Positions 42,613 to 43,229 of a stretch of DNA of 43,229 nt are shown one piece after another. The position numbers and the translations under genes were made by a program. This DNA is from Oscillospiraceae bacterium (GTDB taxonomy: Bacteria; Bacillota; Clostridia; Oscillospirales; CAG-272): positions 1 through 43,229 of the forward strand of contig SVTB01000003.1 of assembly GCA_015064015.1 (NCBI GenBank). Direction: 5' to 3'. Each line of letters starts with the position of its first letter. Position 1 is the stretch's first letter. Under the pieces are notes generated by a model. It ran no database searches and was not told where the DNA came from. It worked only from the letters and a program-made list of their open reading frames with translations.

Positions 42613-43229
42613 ATGGCTGAAAAAATGGATGCTTTGCTGGACTACTCCGGTTCCAAGGATACGAACGTAGTAGATGCCAACAGAAAAATGAGAGTCGGTA
42701 TCATCGGTTGCGGCTGGATTGCAGACGCACACATTGATTCCTACAAGCGTATGCCCGACGTAGAGATCGTGGCAGGCTCCGACCTGATCCCCGGTAAGGC
42801 CGCCGAGTTCTTCAAGAGACACGGCGTGGAAGGTGTCAAGACCGACTATGCCTCCCACAAGGAAATGCTGGATGACGAGTCTCTGCAGCTCGATGCCGTT
42901 TCCATTTGTACTTATAACCGTCAGCACGCCGCTCCCACCATCTACGCTCTGCAGAAGGGTGTTCACGTTCTCCTTGAGAAGCCCTTCACCGTTACTCTGG
43001 ACGAGGCCATCGAGGTCATGAAGGCCGAGAAGGAAAGCGGCAAGGTGCTGTCCATTGGCTTCCAGCCCAGACTGGATCCCAATATGCAGATGATCAAGAA
43101 GATCGTGGAGTCCGGCGAGCTGGGTAAGATCTACTACATCCAGACCGGCGGCGGCCGCCGTCGCGGTATCCCCACCCCCTTCAAGGAGGTCACCTTCATC
43201 CGTGACGAGACCGCAGGTCTCGGCGCGCT
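42613..43229 (+). CDS. Gfo/Idh/MocA family NAD(P)-dependent oxidoreductase (3'-truncated by the window edge)
   Basis: Manual translation from ATG 42613 (AAGGAG RBS): MRVGIIGCGWIA..H, DAVSICTYN..H, GVHVLLEKP and GELGKIY. No stop before the window end. Confidence 0.92.
   Translation, partial: MAEKMDALLDYSGSKDTNVVDANRKMRVGIIGCGWIADAHIDSYKRMPDVEIVAGSDLIPGKAAEFFKRHGVEGVKTDYASHKEMLDDESLQLDAVSICTYNRQHAAPTIYALQKGVHVLLEKPFTVTLDEAIEVMKAEKESGKVLSIGFQPRLDPNMQMIKKIVESGELGKIYYIQTGGGRRRGIPTPFKEVTFIRDETAGLGA

Overview
A 43-kb chromosomal segment of a Clostridia-like Bacillota. The lineage is inferred from ylxM-ffh-rpsP-khpA, sigI/rsgI, a T-box leader and SigA promoters. Housekeeping and metabolic genes: tRNA-Gln(CTG), CCA-adding enzyme, iorAB plus a D-amino-acid-type aminotransferase, a heterodimeric ABC exporter, two PHP phosphoesterases, trkAH, a MATE exporter, the ffh/rpsP cluster, argC-J-B-D with ARG boxes, and a sugar TIM-barrel plus a partial Gfo/Idh/MocA oxidoreductase. 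Five surface lipoproteins are present: DUF4091/GH123-like, an orphan solute-binding protein, a DxDxDG-repeat protein, a WG-repeat protein and an atypical GH13. No transposase, integrase, phage or CRISPR signal is visible. The most notable observations are: (1) a dispersed family of intergenic hairpin arms (8 arms at 5 loci, mostly as inverted pairs) whose stems differ in sequence but stay palindromic, with one pair bounded by perfect 15-bp terminal inverted repeats and one cut where a WG-repeat gene interrupts the arg operon; (2) a Tyr(UAC) T-box controlling a sodium:solute symporter; (3) an RsgI whose C-terminus is a Trp-rich tail rather than a recognisable sensor domain; (4) a GH13 lipoprotein with an intact catalytic triad but altered substrate-binding motifs. 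All functional calls come from motif recognition by eye; no searches were run.
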